From NCBI GenBank assembly GCA_964246015.1, contig CAXTPG010000011.1:357-64356 (forward strand): a DNA stretch of 64,000 nt, in the 5' to 3' direction. The DNA is from an uncultured Acetobacteraceae bacterium (GTDB taxonomy: Bacteria > Pseudomonadota > Alphaproteobacteria > Acetobacterales > Acetobacteraceae). This document shows, piece by piece, positions 26,426 to 34,566 of the stretch; positions within the stretch are counted from its first letter, which is position 1, and each line of letters opens with the position of its first letter. Both the position numbers and the translations under genes were made by a program. A model generated the notes under the pieces. It did no database searches. It had not been told where the DNA came from and saw only the letters and a program-made list of their open reading frames with translations.

Positions 26426-27324
26426 TGTTTCCGGCGCCGGGGACGATCGGGCTGCACCGGCTGAACGGGCCGGAGCGGACGTGGCCCGAGACGAACTGCT
26501 ACATGGATCTGTGGATCGGGCTGCTGCATGCGGCGGGGCGGGACCCGTTGCCGCTGATGGGCGCGGCGGCCGGCATGGCGTGGGAGGGGGACCACTTCAC
26601 CTTCATCAAGCCGAGTGCGGGGGATTTGTTCGCGCTGGCGGGGATCGTGCTGCAGGAGCTGCCGCTGTGGGACGGGATGGAGGGCCACGTCGCGACGCAG
26701 GTGGCGCGGGGGGCGGTGCCGATGCCGGAGGTGGATGGGCGGTTCCTCGAAGATTGCGGGCGGCTGGGGACGAAGACGTCGATCGGGATCGTGGCGATCG
26801 ACCGGGGGGGGCGGACGCTGGACTACGTGCACAATGGCGGGCTGCACCGGGTTTCAGGCGACGACTATGCGGGGGTGCTGTGCCTGCCGCCGCACGAGAC
26901 GCCGCTGGTGCCTTATTGCGAGCTGGCGCGGTTCTCGGCGCATCAGCCTGCGGACGTGCGGGCGGCGGCGCGGGGCGTGCTGGCGCAGAACGTTGCGATG
27001 CGGGGGGAGGGGAACCCTGTGCTGGGCTTCGCTGCGGCGCTGCCGGGGTTGATGGAGGGGCGGGGGGAGAAGGTGCACCTGCTGTGCTTCAACACGGCGC
27101 GGCAGTTGGGCTCGGGGTTCGGGCTGCTGGCGGACCACCTGGTGTGGCTTGGGGCGGACCCGGGGCCTGCGGTGCGGCTGTCGGACCAGGCGAAGACGTT
27201 CCAGTTCCAGATGGCGCGGGCGACGCGGCGGGGCCGGTGGGATGCGGCGCTGGGGACGGGGCTGGAGGAGATGGCGGCGAGCTGGGCGGCGGTGGATGCG
27301 GTGGTGGCGGGGGTTTGCTCGTAG
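26425..27324 (+). CDS. DUF1839-like protein (function unknown)
   Basis: 299-aa part of ORF 25600..27324, starting at MFPAPGTIGLHRLNG; the start shares 1 nt with the ligase stop (TGATG). The motif WPETNCYMDLWIGLLHAAGRDP and the length fit my recollection of the DUF1839 family that accompanies these ligases. Confidence 0.6.
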   Translation: MFPAPGTIGLHRLNGPERTWPETNCYMDLWIGLLHAAGRDPLPLMGAAAGMAWEGDHFTFIKPSAGDLFALAGIVLQELPLWDGMEGHVATQVARGAVPMPEVDGRFLEDCGRLGTKTSIGIVAIDRGGRTLDYVHNGGLHRVSGDDYAGVLCLPPHETPLVPYCELARFSAHQPADVRAAARGVLAQNVAMRGEGNPVLGFAAALPGLMEGRGEKVHLLCFNTARQLGSGFGLLADHLVWLGADPGPAVRLSDQAKTFQFQMARATRRGRWDAALGTGLEEMAASWAAVDAVVAGVCS

Positions 27325-27369
27325 GGACTTCGGGGCGCTCGATGGCGGCGGGTGAGGGGTGGGCGGCAT

Positions 27370-27396
27370 GGTGGAATGCCGGAGGGGCATTCCACC
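27370..27396 (+). terminator. Perfect 11-bp stem / 5-nt loop hairpin after the operon end (REP-like; no U-tract)
   Basis: ggtggaatgcc-ggagg-ggcattccacc, 46 nt after the stop at 27324. Related in sequence to the hairpin at 30133-30159. Confidence 0.4.
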
Positions 27397-27481
27397 GCAC
27401 GGGGTTTGCCGCGTTGTCGTGCTTGCCAGGGGTTTCTTCGTGCCGCTAGTGTCGCGCTGCAACATGTATGGGTGGTAGGAC

Positions 27482-28465
27482 ATGACGGGCCTCTCGCGAC
27501 GCTCTGCACTTTCTGCCGGTCTTGGGATGGCGCTGTTGCCGGGGGCGCGGGCGATCGCGGCGCCGGGGGCGTTGCCAAGCCGGGTCGAGCTGATCGTGGG
27601 GCATGCGAAATCGGCGCATACGTGCCCGTTGTCGGCGGTGCCGGAGATGCTGAAGCCGCTGGGCGTCGATATCAAGTTCGTCGAGTTCATCCGGTACGCG
27701 GATGCCCGGACGGCGATCGGGAGCGGGTCGGTCGATATCGCGACGACGGCGCCGGGGGATATCCTGGTGCTGCTGTCGCAGGGGGTGACCAGCGTGAAGG
27801 CGGTCACCGGGGTCGGCAGCTCCAAGAAGTTCGTGATGGCGAAGAAGGCATCGGACATCCCGAACTGGGACGCGCTGCGGGGCAAGCGGCTGGGGATCCC
27901 CGCGGGTTCGGCGGTGTGGGCGCAGTATGCGGCCTCGGTGACGGAGCGGAACTTCCCGTACGACGCGCCGAAGGTGATCAACATCCAGGGCGGCGGCCCG
28001 AGCTTCATCCAGGCGTTGCAGCGCGGCGACGTCGACGCGGTGCTGAGCTGGCAGCCGTTCGAGTCCGTGATGCTGGTGGAGAAGACCGGCGAGTTCACGC
28101 CGCTGGAGTACGGGGACAGCAAGGCGGTGGGCGGCGAGCTGGGAATGTTCGCGGCCACGATCAACGCGCTGACGGCGAAGCGGGAGGCGCTGAACCGGTT
28201 CTTCTGGGCCTATGCGACGGTCGAGAAGCAGTTGCTGGGCGATCGGGCGGCGTTCGCGAAGGCGATCGCGGCGTATACCGGGGTCGCGGAGCCGATCGCG
28301 GCCAGCATCTCGGAGAACGTGAAGCTGGGGGGCGTGCTGAGCCTGGAGCAGTTGCAGCGGCAGGCGAAGTTCTTCCATGACATGGGCGTGCTGCAGAAGG
28401 ACGTGAGCGGGCAGGTCGCCGGGTTCTGGGACAACAGCCCGATGCGGGACGCGGCGTCCGCATGA
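27482..28465 (+). CDS. ABC transporter substrate-binding protein, NitT/TauT (nitrate/sulfonate/taurine) family
   Basis: 327 aa. Tat-like signal MTGLSRRSALSAGLGMALLPGARA, followed by the typical periplasmic-binding-protein type 2 pattern. Confidence 0.85.
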   Translation: MTGLSRRSALSAGLGMALLPGARAIAAPGALPSRVELIVGHAKSAHTCPLSAVPEMLKPLGVDIKFVEFIRYADARTAIGSGSVDIATTAPGDILVLLSQGVTSVKAVTGVGSSKKFVMAKKASDIPNWDALRGKRLGIPAGSAVWAQYAASVTERNFPYDAPKVINIQGGGPSFIQALQRGDVDAVLSWQPFESVMLVEKTGEFTPLEYGDSKAVGGELGMFAATINALTAKREALNRFFWAYATVEKQLLGDRAAFAKAIAAYTGVAEPIAASISENVKLGGVLSLEQLQRQAKFFHDMGVLQKDVSGQVAGFWDNSPMRDAASA

Positions 28466-29325
28466 GTGCCGCCGCCTGCCAGGTCGGGACCAGGCCGGCG
28501 GTTGTCGCCGCCCCGCGTGCGCCCCGGCGGGGCGCCGGCGCGGTCGAGACGTTGCAGCTCTTCGTCGTGCCCCTGGTGCTGCTGGGCGCGTGGGAGGCGT
28601 GCGGGCAGTTGGAGCTGATCCCGTCGGGCCTGCTGCCGCCGCCGTCCAAGGTGTTGCAGGGGTGGTGGACCTGGGCGTTCGGCCCGGCGCGGGGAAGCCT
28701 GGCCCCCTATAGCGGGACGTGGCTGGCGAACGTCGCGTTCTCGTCGGACCGCGTGCTGCGGGGGTATGCGCTGGCGATCGCGCTGGGGGTGCCGTTCGGG
28801 CTGCTGATCGGGTGGTCGCGCGTGATGGCGCGGCTGTTCGACCCGCTGACGCAAAGCCTGCGGCCCATCCCGATCACGGCGTGGCTGCCGTTCTCGATCT
28901 CTCTGTTCGGGATCGGGGAATTCGGGTCGTTGTTCCTGATCATGCTGGGGGCGTTCTATCCGATCGTCGTGAACGCGACGCACGGGGCGCGGGACATCAA
29001 CAAGAACCTGGTTCGGGCCGCGCTGATGATGGGGGCGCGGCCGCGGGACGTGCTGCTGCGGGTGGTGCTGCCGAACGCGATGCCGGCGATCTTCACGGGG
29101 ATGCGGATCGGCCTGGGGATCGCGTGGACCGCGGTGATCGTGAGCGAGATGGTCGCCGTGAAGTCGGGGCTGGGGTACGTGCTGTGGGACGCGTACTACG
29201 TGGGCCGGATGGATGTGGTGCTGGCCGACATGGTCTCGATCGGCGTGCTGGGGTTCATCAGCGACCGGCTGCTGCTGCTGGTGCAGGGCCGGGTGCTGCG
29301 CTGGAAACACTTCCATTCCGTTTGA
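28462..29325 (+). CDS. ABC transporter permease, NitT/TauT family
   Basis: 287 aa. EAA-like loop (ALMMGARPRDVLLRVVLPNAMP). ATGA overlap with the SBP gene. Confidence 0.9.
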   Translation: MSAAACQVGTRPAVVAAPRAPRRGAGAVETLQLFVVPLVLLGAWEACGQLELIPSGLLPPPSKVLQGWWTWAFGPARGSLAPYSGTWLANVAFSSDRVLRGYALAIALGVPFGLLIGWSRVMARLFDPLTQSLRPIPITAWLPFSISLFGIGEFGSLFLIMLGAFYPIVVNATHGARDINKNLVRAALMMGARPRDVLLRVVLPNAMPAIFTGMRIGLGIAWTAVIVSEMVAVKSGLGYVLWDAYYVGRMDVVLADMVSIGVLGFISDRLLLLVQGRVLRWKHFHSV

Positions 29326-29338
29326 GGGCGCCACGGAC

Positions 29339-30112
29339 ATGCAGCCAGCCGTCGAGATGGTGGGCGTGCAGAAGGTCTATGCGGGGCGGAGCGGGCCGGT
29401 GCAGGCGCTGTCCGCCATCGATTTCACCATCGCGGACCGGGAGTTCGCGGTGCTGCTGGGACCCTCCGGGTGCGGCAAATCGACGCTGCTGAACCTGCTG
29501 GCGGGGTTCGAGGCGGCGACGGGCGGGCATGTGCGGGTGTTCGGGTCGGAGGTGGCGCAGCCGGGCCCGGACCGGGCGGTGGTGTTCCAGGAGGCGGCGC
29601 TGTTCCCGTGGTTGAGCGTGTTCGAGAACGTGGCGTTCGCGCTGCGGCTGAAGGGGACGGCGCGGCGGGAGATCGATGCGCAGGTGCGGCGGACGCTGAC
29701 GCAGGTGGGGCTCGATCAGTTCGCGGATGCCTTGCCGGACCAGTTGTCGGGCGGGATGAAGCAGCGGGTGGGGATCGCGCGGGCGCTGGTGATGGAGCCG
29801 CGGGTGCTGCTGATGGACGAGCCGTTCGGGGCGCTGGACGCGCAGACCCGGCTGTCGATGCAGGAGCTGCTGCTGGGGGTGTGGGAGAAGCAGCGGAAGA
29901 CGGTGCTGTTCATCACCCACGATATCGACGAGGCGATCCTGCTGGCGGACACGCTGTATGTGATGTCGGCCCGGCCGGGACGGATCAAGGCGCGGATCCC
30001 GGTGGAGCTGCCGCGGCCGCGGAACCTGGAGATGTTGTCGAGTGCGGAGTTCAATCCGTTGCGGCGAGAGATCATGCATCTGATCCGCGAGGAGCATGTC
30101 GCTGCCCATTAG
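29339..30112 (+). CDS. ABC transporter ATP-binding protein, NitT/TauT family
   Basis: Internal ATG at 29339, beginning [14 protein letters not shown]. Walker [10 protein letters not shown], signature LSGGMKQRV, Walker B LLMDEPF. Confidence 0.9.
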   Translation: MQPAVEMVGVQKVYAGRSGPVQALSAIDFTIADREFAVLLGPSGCGKSTLLNLLAGFEAATGGHVRVFGSEVAQPGPDRAVVFQEAALFPWLSVFENVAFALRLKGTARREIDAQVRRTLTQVGLDQFADALPDQLSGGMKQRVGIARALVMEPRVLLMDEPFGALDAQTRLSMQELLLGVWEKQRKTVLFITHDIDEAILLADTLYVMSARPGRIKARIPVELPRPRNLEMLSSAEFNPLRREIMHLIREEHVAAH

Positions 30113-30132
30113 GCGGCGTTCTTACGTGGAAT

Positions 30133-30159
30133 GGTGCAGTGCCGTCGGGGCATTGCACC
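30133..30159 (+). terminator. 11-bp stem (one G-U pair) / 5-nt loop hairpin, REP-like
   Basis: ggtgcagtgcc-gtcgg-ggcattgcacc, 21 nt after the stop at 30112. Shares GGTG..(A/G)TGCC / GGCATT..CACC with the hairpin at 27370-27396. Confidence 0.35.
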
Positions 30160-30192
30160 CTACGTCGCGTTGATTCTGTTCGGAGTCCGACC

Positions 30193-31659
30193 ATGCCAGT
30201 GATCCGTAATGCACCGCCGAAGTTCGATGAGAGCGTGCCTGTCGTCGTCGTGGGCGGGGGGGCGTGCGGCATGACGGCGGGGCTGGCGGCGGCGGATGCC
30301 GGGGCGGACGTGCTGGTGCTGGAGCGGGATGCGAAGCCCTTCGGCAGCACGGGGATGTCGCAGGGCTTCATCTGCGCGGCAGGCACGCGGCTGCAGCGGG
30401 ATGCGGGGATCGAGGACGCGCCGGAGATCATGCTGGCGGACATCATGGCCAAGACCCGCGGGCAGACCGACCCGGCGCTCGCCCGGACCATTGCATACGA
30501 GTCGGGGCCGACGATCGACTTCCTGACCGAGACGCATGGGCTGCCGTTGCGGGTCGATTCCGACTGGCGGGGGGATTTCGGGCATACGCGGCGGCGGATG
30601 CACGGCACGCCGCACTCGGACGGGGAGGAGCTGCTGACGCTGATCCGCGGCGCGGCGGAGGCCCGGGGCGCGATGGTGATGACGGGCGCCCGCGTGTCGG
30701 ACGTGTATGCGGACGACAGCGGACGGGTGCTGGGGGTGGGCGTCGATCGGCCCGACGGCCGGCGGGAGACGATCGGGTGCGAGGCGCTGGTGCTGGCGAC
30801 GTGCGGCTTCGGGGGCAACCACGCGATGGTGCGGCAGTTCATCCCGGAGATGGCGGACAGCCCCTACCATGGGCATGAGGGCAACAAGGGCGACGGCATC
30901 CTGTGGGGGATGGAGCTGGGCGCGGCCACGGGCGACATGGGGGCGTTCCAGGGATACGGCGCGCTCGCCGAGCCGCATGGCGTGCTGTTCAACTACAACA
31001 TCATCATGGAGGGCGGGATCCAGGTGAACCGGCTGGGGGAGCGGTTCTCCAACGAGTTGGCGGACATCTCGGGCCAGGGGCCGAAGGTGTGCGCGCAACC
31101 GGAGAACACGGCGTTCGCGGTGTACGACGACCGGCTGCATGCGTGGGGAAGCCACCTGCGCGAGTACAAGCAGTTGATCGAGCTGGGTGCGATCCGGTCG
31201 GCGCCGGACGCGGAGTCGCTGGCTGCGCTGCTGCGGGTGCCGGCGGAGGCGTTGGCGCGGACCCTGCACGACGTGGCGGAGATGGCGGCGGGGCGGATGG
31301 CGGATCCGTGGGGGCGGGACTTCACGAAGCATCAGCCGCTGCAGGCGCCGTATCGGGCGGTGCGGGTGAAGGGCGCGCTGTTCCATACGCAGGGGGGGCT
31401 GGAGATCGACGGCCAGGCGCGGGTGCGGCGGGCGGACGGGGGTCTGCTGCCGAACCTGTATGCGGGCGGCGGCGCGGCGCGGAGCATTTCGGGACCGGGG
31501 GTGTGGGGCTACCTGCCGGCGGCCGGGCTGTGCATGGCGGTGACGCTGGGGCGGCTGGCGGGTCAGGCGGCGGCGCGGCAGGTGGTGCGCCGGGCCAGTG
31601 CGGCGGAGGGAGCGGGTTCAGGGGGGCGGCGCGCATGGGCGGCGGTCTTCCGACGCTGA
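30193..31659 (+). CDS. FAD-binding dehydrogenase (fumarate reductase/succinate dehydrogenase flavoprotein-like family)
   Basis: Internal ATG at 30193, beginning MPVIRNAPPKFDESVPVVVVGGGACGMTAGLAAADAGADVLVLER (a GxGxxG dinucleotide fold). C-terminal LYAGGG motif. Confidence 0.8.
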   Translation: MPVIRNAPPKFDESVPVVVVGGGACGMTAGLAAADAGADVLVLERDAKPFGSTGMSQGFICAAGTRLQRDAGIEDAPEIMLADIMAKTRGQTDPALARTIAYESGPTIDFLTETHGLPLRVDSDWRGDFGHTRRRMHGTPHSDGEELLTLIRGAAEARGAMVMTGARVSDVYADDSGRVLGVGVDRPDGRRETIGCEALVLATCGFGGNHAMVRQFIPEMADSPYHGHEGNKGDGILWGMELGAATGDMGAFQGYGALAEPHGVLFNYNIIMEGGIQVNRLGERFSNELADISGQGPKVCAQPENTAFAVYDDRLHAWGSHLREYKQLIELGAIRSAPDAESLAALLRVPAEALARTLHDVAEMAAGRMADPWGRDFTKHQPLQAPYRAVRVKGALFHTQGGLEIDGQARVRRADGGLLPNLYAGGGAARSISGPGVWGYLPAAGLCMAVTLGRLAGQAAARQVVRRASAAEGAGSGGRRAWAAVFRR

Positions 31660-33026
31660 CCGAGGGATTGGCGGGGATCGCGGCCCGGCCCGTCGATGCG
31701 GGCACCCGGCGGCGGGCGGCGCTGCACGTGCTGGACTGGATCGGGTGCGCGTCGCTGGGGTTGCAATCCCCGGCCGGGGAGAAGCTGGCGCGGTTCGCGC
31801 GGGCGCAGGGGGCGGGGCCTTGCCTGGCGCTGGGCGCCGGGCGGTTGGCGCCGTCGGGGGCGATCCTGGTGAATGGCGGCATCGGGAACGTGCTGGAGAT
31901 GGACGACACGCACCGCGTGGCCATGCTGCATCCGGGACCCGTGGTGGTGCCGGCGGCGCTGGCGGCGGCGGAGCAGGTGGGGGCGTCCGGGCCCGCGCTG
32001 CTGGATGCGGTCGTGCGGGGCTACGAGGTCATGATCCGGATCGGGTGCGCGCTGGGGCCGGCGCATTACCGGATGTTCCACAACACGGCGACCTGCGCGC
32101 CGTTCGGGGCGGCGGCGGCGGTGGGGTCGTTGCTGCGGCTGTCGATCGGGGCGATGGTCGACGCGCTGGGGAATGCGGGGACGCAGGCGGGCGGGCTGTG
32201 GCAGTGCCGGCATTCGGAGACGATGACGAAGCAACTGCACAACGGCCGGGCGGCGCAGTCGGGATGGCTGAGCGCGATGCTGGCCGCGGACGGGTTCACG
32301 GGACCCCCGGCGATCCTGGAGGGGGAGCAGGGGTTCTTCGCCGCGCTGTGCCCGGATGCGACGCCCGAGGCGGTGCTGGCGGACGCCGAGGGCGCGTGGC
32401 GGATCGGGGAGGTGAGCTTCAAGCCCTACCCGGCGTGCCGGCATGCCCATGCGGTGATCGACGCGGCGCTGGCGGTGCGGGACGCGCATCCGGAGGCGGT
32501 GGGCGCGGCGGACGAGGTCGTCGTGACGACGTATGCCTCGGCGGTGGATTTCTGCGACGACGCGGCGCCCGACACGCCGGCGCGGGCGCGGTTCAGCCTG
32601 CAGCACGCGGCGGCGGTGACGCTGCTGGACGGGTCGCCGTGGCTGGCAGCGTTCGAGGCGGAGACGATCGGGCGGGCGGATGTGGCGGACCTGCGGCGGC
32701 GGGTCCGGCTGGTGGTCGACTCCGGATGGGGGCATGCGCAGCCGCCGCGCTTCCGGGCGGTGGTGGAGCTGCGGCGCGGGACGGCGGTGCTGGCCCGGGC
32801 GGAGGTGCTGGATGCCAAGGGGGATCCCGCGAACCCGATGCAGGTGACGGAGGTCGGGGCCAAGGCGGCGGCGTTGATGCAGGCCGCCGGGCTGTATGGC
32901 ACGGCCGCGGCGCGCATCCAGTCCGCCTGCGCCGCCCTCGTCGACGGGGGTGACGTCTGTGCCGTCACCGATGCGCTCGCCTCGCTTCGCCTGCCCAGCG
33001 CCGCGCCTCGTTTGAAGCACGCCTGA
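31635..33026 (+). CDS. MmgE/PrpD family protein (2-methylcitrate dehydratase-like)
   Basis: Internal ATG at 31635, overlapping the upstream gene by 25 nt. PrpD-family blocks are present: LDWIGCA, NG..G..LE.DD.H in the loop, and KPYP.C...H. Confidence 0.8.
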   Translation: MGGGLPTLTEGLAGIAARPVDAGTRRRAALHVLDWIGCASLGLQSPAGEKLARFARAQGAGPCLALGAGRLAPSGAILVNGGIGNVLEMDDTHRVAMLHPGPVVVPAALAAAEQVGASGPALLDAVVRGYEVMIRIGCALGPAHYRMFHNTATCAPFGAAAAVGSLLRLSIGAMVDALGNAGTQAGGLWQCRHSETMTKQLHNGRAAQSGWLSAMLAADGFTGPPAILEGEQGFFAALCPDATPEAVLADAEGAWRIGEVSFKPYPACRHAHAVIDAALAVRDAHPEAVGAADEVVVTTYASAVDFCDDAAPDTPARARFSLQHAAAVTLLDGSPWLAAFEAETIGRADVADLRRRVRLVVDSGWGHAQPPRFRAVVELRRGTAVLARAEVLDAKGDPANPMQVTEVGAKAAALMQAAGLYGTAAARIQSACAALVDGGDVCAVTDALASLRLPSAAPRLKHA

Positions 33027-33042
33027 CCCCGAGGAGGCTTTC

Positions 33043-34563
33043 ATGTCCCTGTCCCGCCGCCCGTTCCTGCTGGGGGGCGCCATGCTCCCGTTCCTGCGCA
33101 ACCCTGCCCGGGCCGCCCGCGTGCCCGGGCAGCTTACGTTCGGGTTGTCGACCTACCCGCCGAACCTCAACCCCTGGGCGAATACCGGGGCGTCGGGGGC
33201 GGGGGTGAAGCTGCTGATGAACCGTGGGCTGCTGTCCTACGACCCGAGCGGGGCGCTGCGGGGAGAGCTGGCCGAGAGCTGGGCGCGGGACGGGGAGAAC
33301 GGGTGGGTCTTCAAGCTGCGGGAGGCGGTGTTCCATAGCGGCCGGCCGGTGACGTCGGACGACGTGAAGTGGACGATCGAGCAGGTGGCGGGCGAACGGT
33401 CGACCGCATACATGAAGGACGAGTTCAGCCGGGTGTCCGCGGTCGAGACGCCGGATGCGCGGACGGTGCGGATCGTGACGTCGCAGCCGATCGCGACGCT
33501 GCCGCTGTGGATGGCGAGCACGTACATGCCGATCATGCAGCGGGGTTCGACGGCGGATGGTGCGCCGGGGATCGGGGCCGGCCCGTTCGCGCTGGCGGCG
33601 CAGGAGCGTGGGGTCTCGCTGGAGTTCAAGGCGTTCGACAAGTTCTACCGGCCGGGGCAGCCGCGGCTGAAGGCGGTTCGGTTCGTGGTGTATGCGGACG
33701 AGAACCTGCGGGTTTCGGCGCTGCGGGCGGGGGATGTCGATCTGATCGAGTATGTGCCGTGGCACGCGATGCAGACGATCGAGGACCAGCCGAACCTGGC
33801 GCTGCAGGGGACCTTCGGTCCCTTCATGTATCTGACGTTCAACGGGCGGACCGGGCCGTTCACCGATCCGCGGGTGCGGCTGGCGGTCGCGCACGCGGTC
33901 AAGCGGGACGAGATCGTGAATGCGGCCTTCGCGGGGCGGGGTGCGGCGCTGGAGGGGCTGCCGATTCCGCCGGACAGCCCGTTCTTCGACCAGGGGCGCA
34001 GCCGGGCCTGGGCCTATGACCCGGTTCGCGCCAAGGCGCTGCTGGCGCAGGCGGGCGTGCCCAACGGGTTTGCCTGCACGCTGCTGTCGACGGCGCAGTT
34101 CGGGATGATGAAGGACACGGCGGAGGTCGTGCAGCAGAACCTGGCGGCCATCGGGATCGCGGTCACGTTGAACCTGCCGGAGTGGGGCGGGCGGGTGACG
34201 GCGGGCAGCCGGGGGCAGTACGAGTTCTCGGTGGCGGGGACGGCGACCGACAACGGCGATCCGGACGGGCTGACGTCGTTGATCGACGGGTCGTTGCCGG
34301 CGTCGTTCCAGCGCAGCTTCGGGTTGCCGAACCCGGAGCTGACGGCGCTGCTGGGGCAGGGCCGGGCGGAGTTCGATGTGGCGAAGCGCCGGGCGATCTA
34401 TGAACGGGTGCAGGATATCGCGACGGAGAGCCCGAGCATCGTGGGGCTGGCATGGCGGTCGCAGGGGTATGCGATGGCGCGGGACGTGCGGGGGTTCAAG
34501 AACATGCCGGGCCCGCTGACGTTCTATTCGAACCTGACGCTGGACGAGGCGGAGATCGGGTGA
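33043..34563 (+). CDS. ABC transporter substrate-binding protein, family 5
   Basis: 506 aa. Signal MSLSRRPFLLGGAMLPFLRNPARA, followed by LAESW, F.LR..V.FH.G.P.TS.DV, and other family-5 blocks. Confidence 0.9.
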   Translation: MSLSRRPFLLGGAMLPFLRNPARAARVPGQLTFGLSTYPPNLNPWANTGASGAGVKLLMNRGLLSYDPSGALRGELAESWARDGENGWVFKLREAVFHSGRPVTSDDVKWTIEQVAGERSTAYMKDEFSRVSAVETPDARTVRIVTSQPIATLPLWMASTYMPIMQRGSTADGAPGIGAGPFALAAQERGVSLEFKAFDKFYRPGQPRLKAVRFVVYADENLRVSALRAGDVDLIEYVPWHAMQTIEDQPNLALQGTFGPFMYLTFNGRTGPFTDPRVRLAVAHAVKRDEIVNAAFAGRGAALEGLPIPPDSPFFDQGRSRAWAYDPVRAKALLAQAGVPNGFACTLLSTAQFGMMKDTAEVVQQNLAAIGIAVTLNLPEWGGRVTAGSRGQYEFSVAGTATDNGDPDGLTSLIDGSLPASFQRSFGLPNPELTALLGQGRAEFDVAKRRAIYERVQDIATESPSIVGLAWRSQGYAMARDVRGFKNMPGPLTFYSNLTLDEAEIG

Positions 34564-34566
34564 CGG

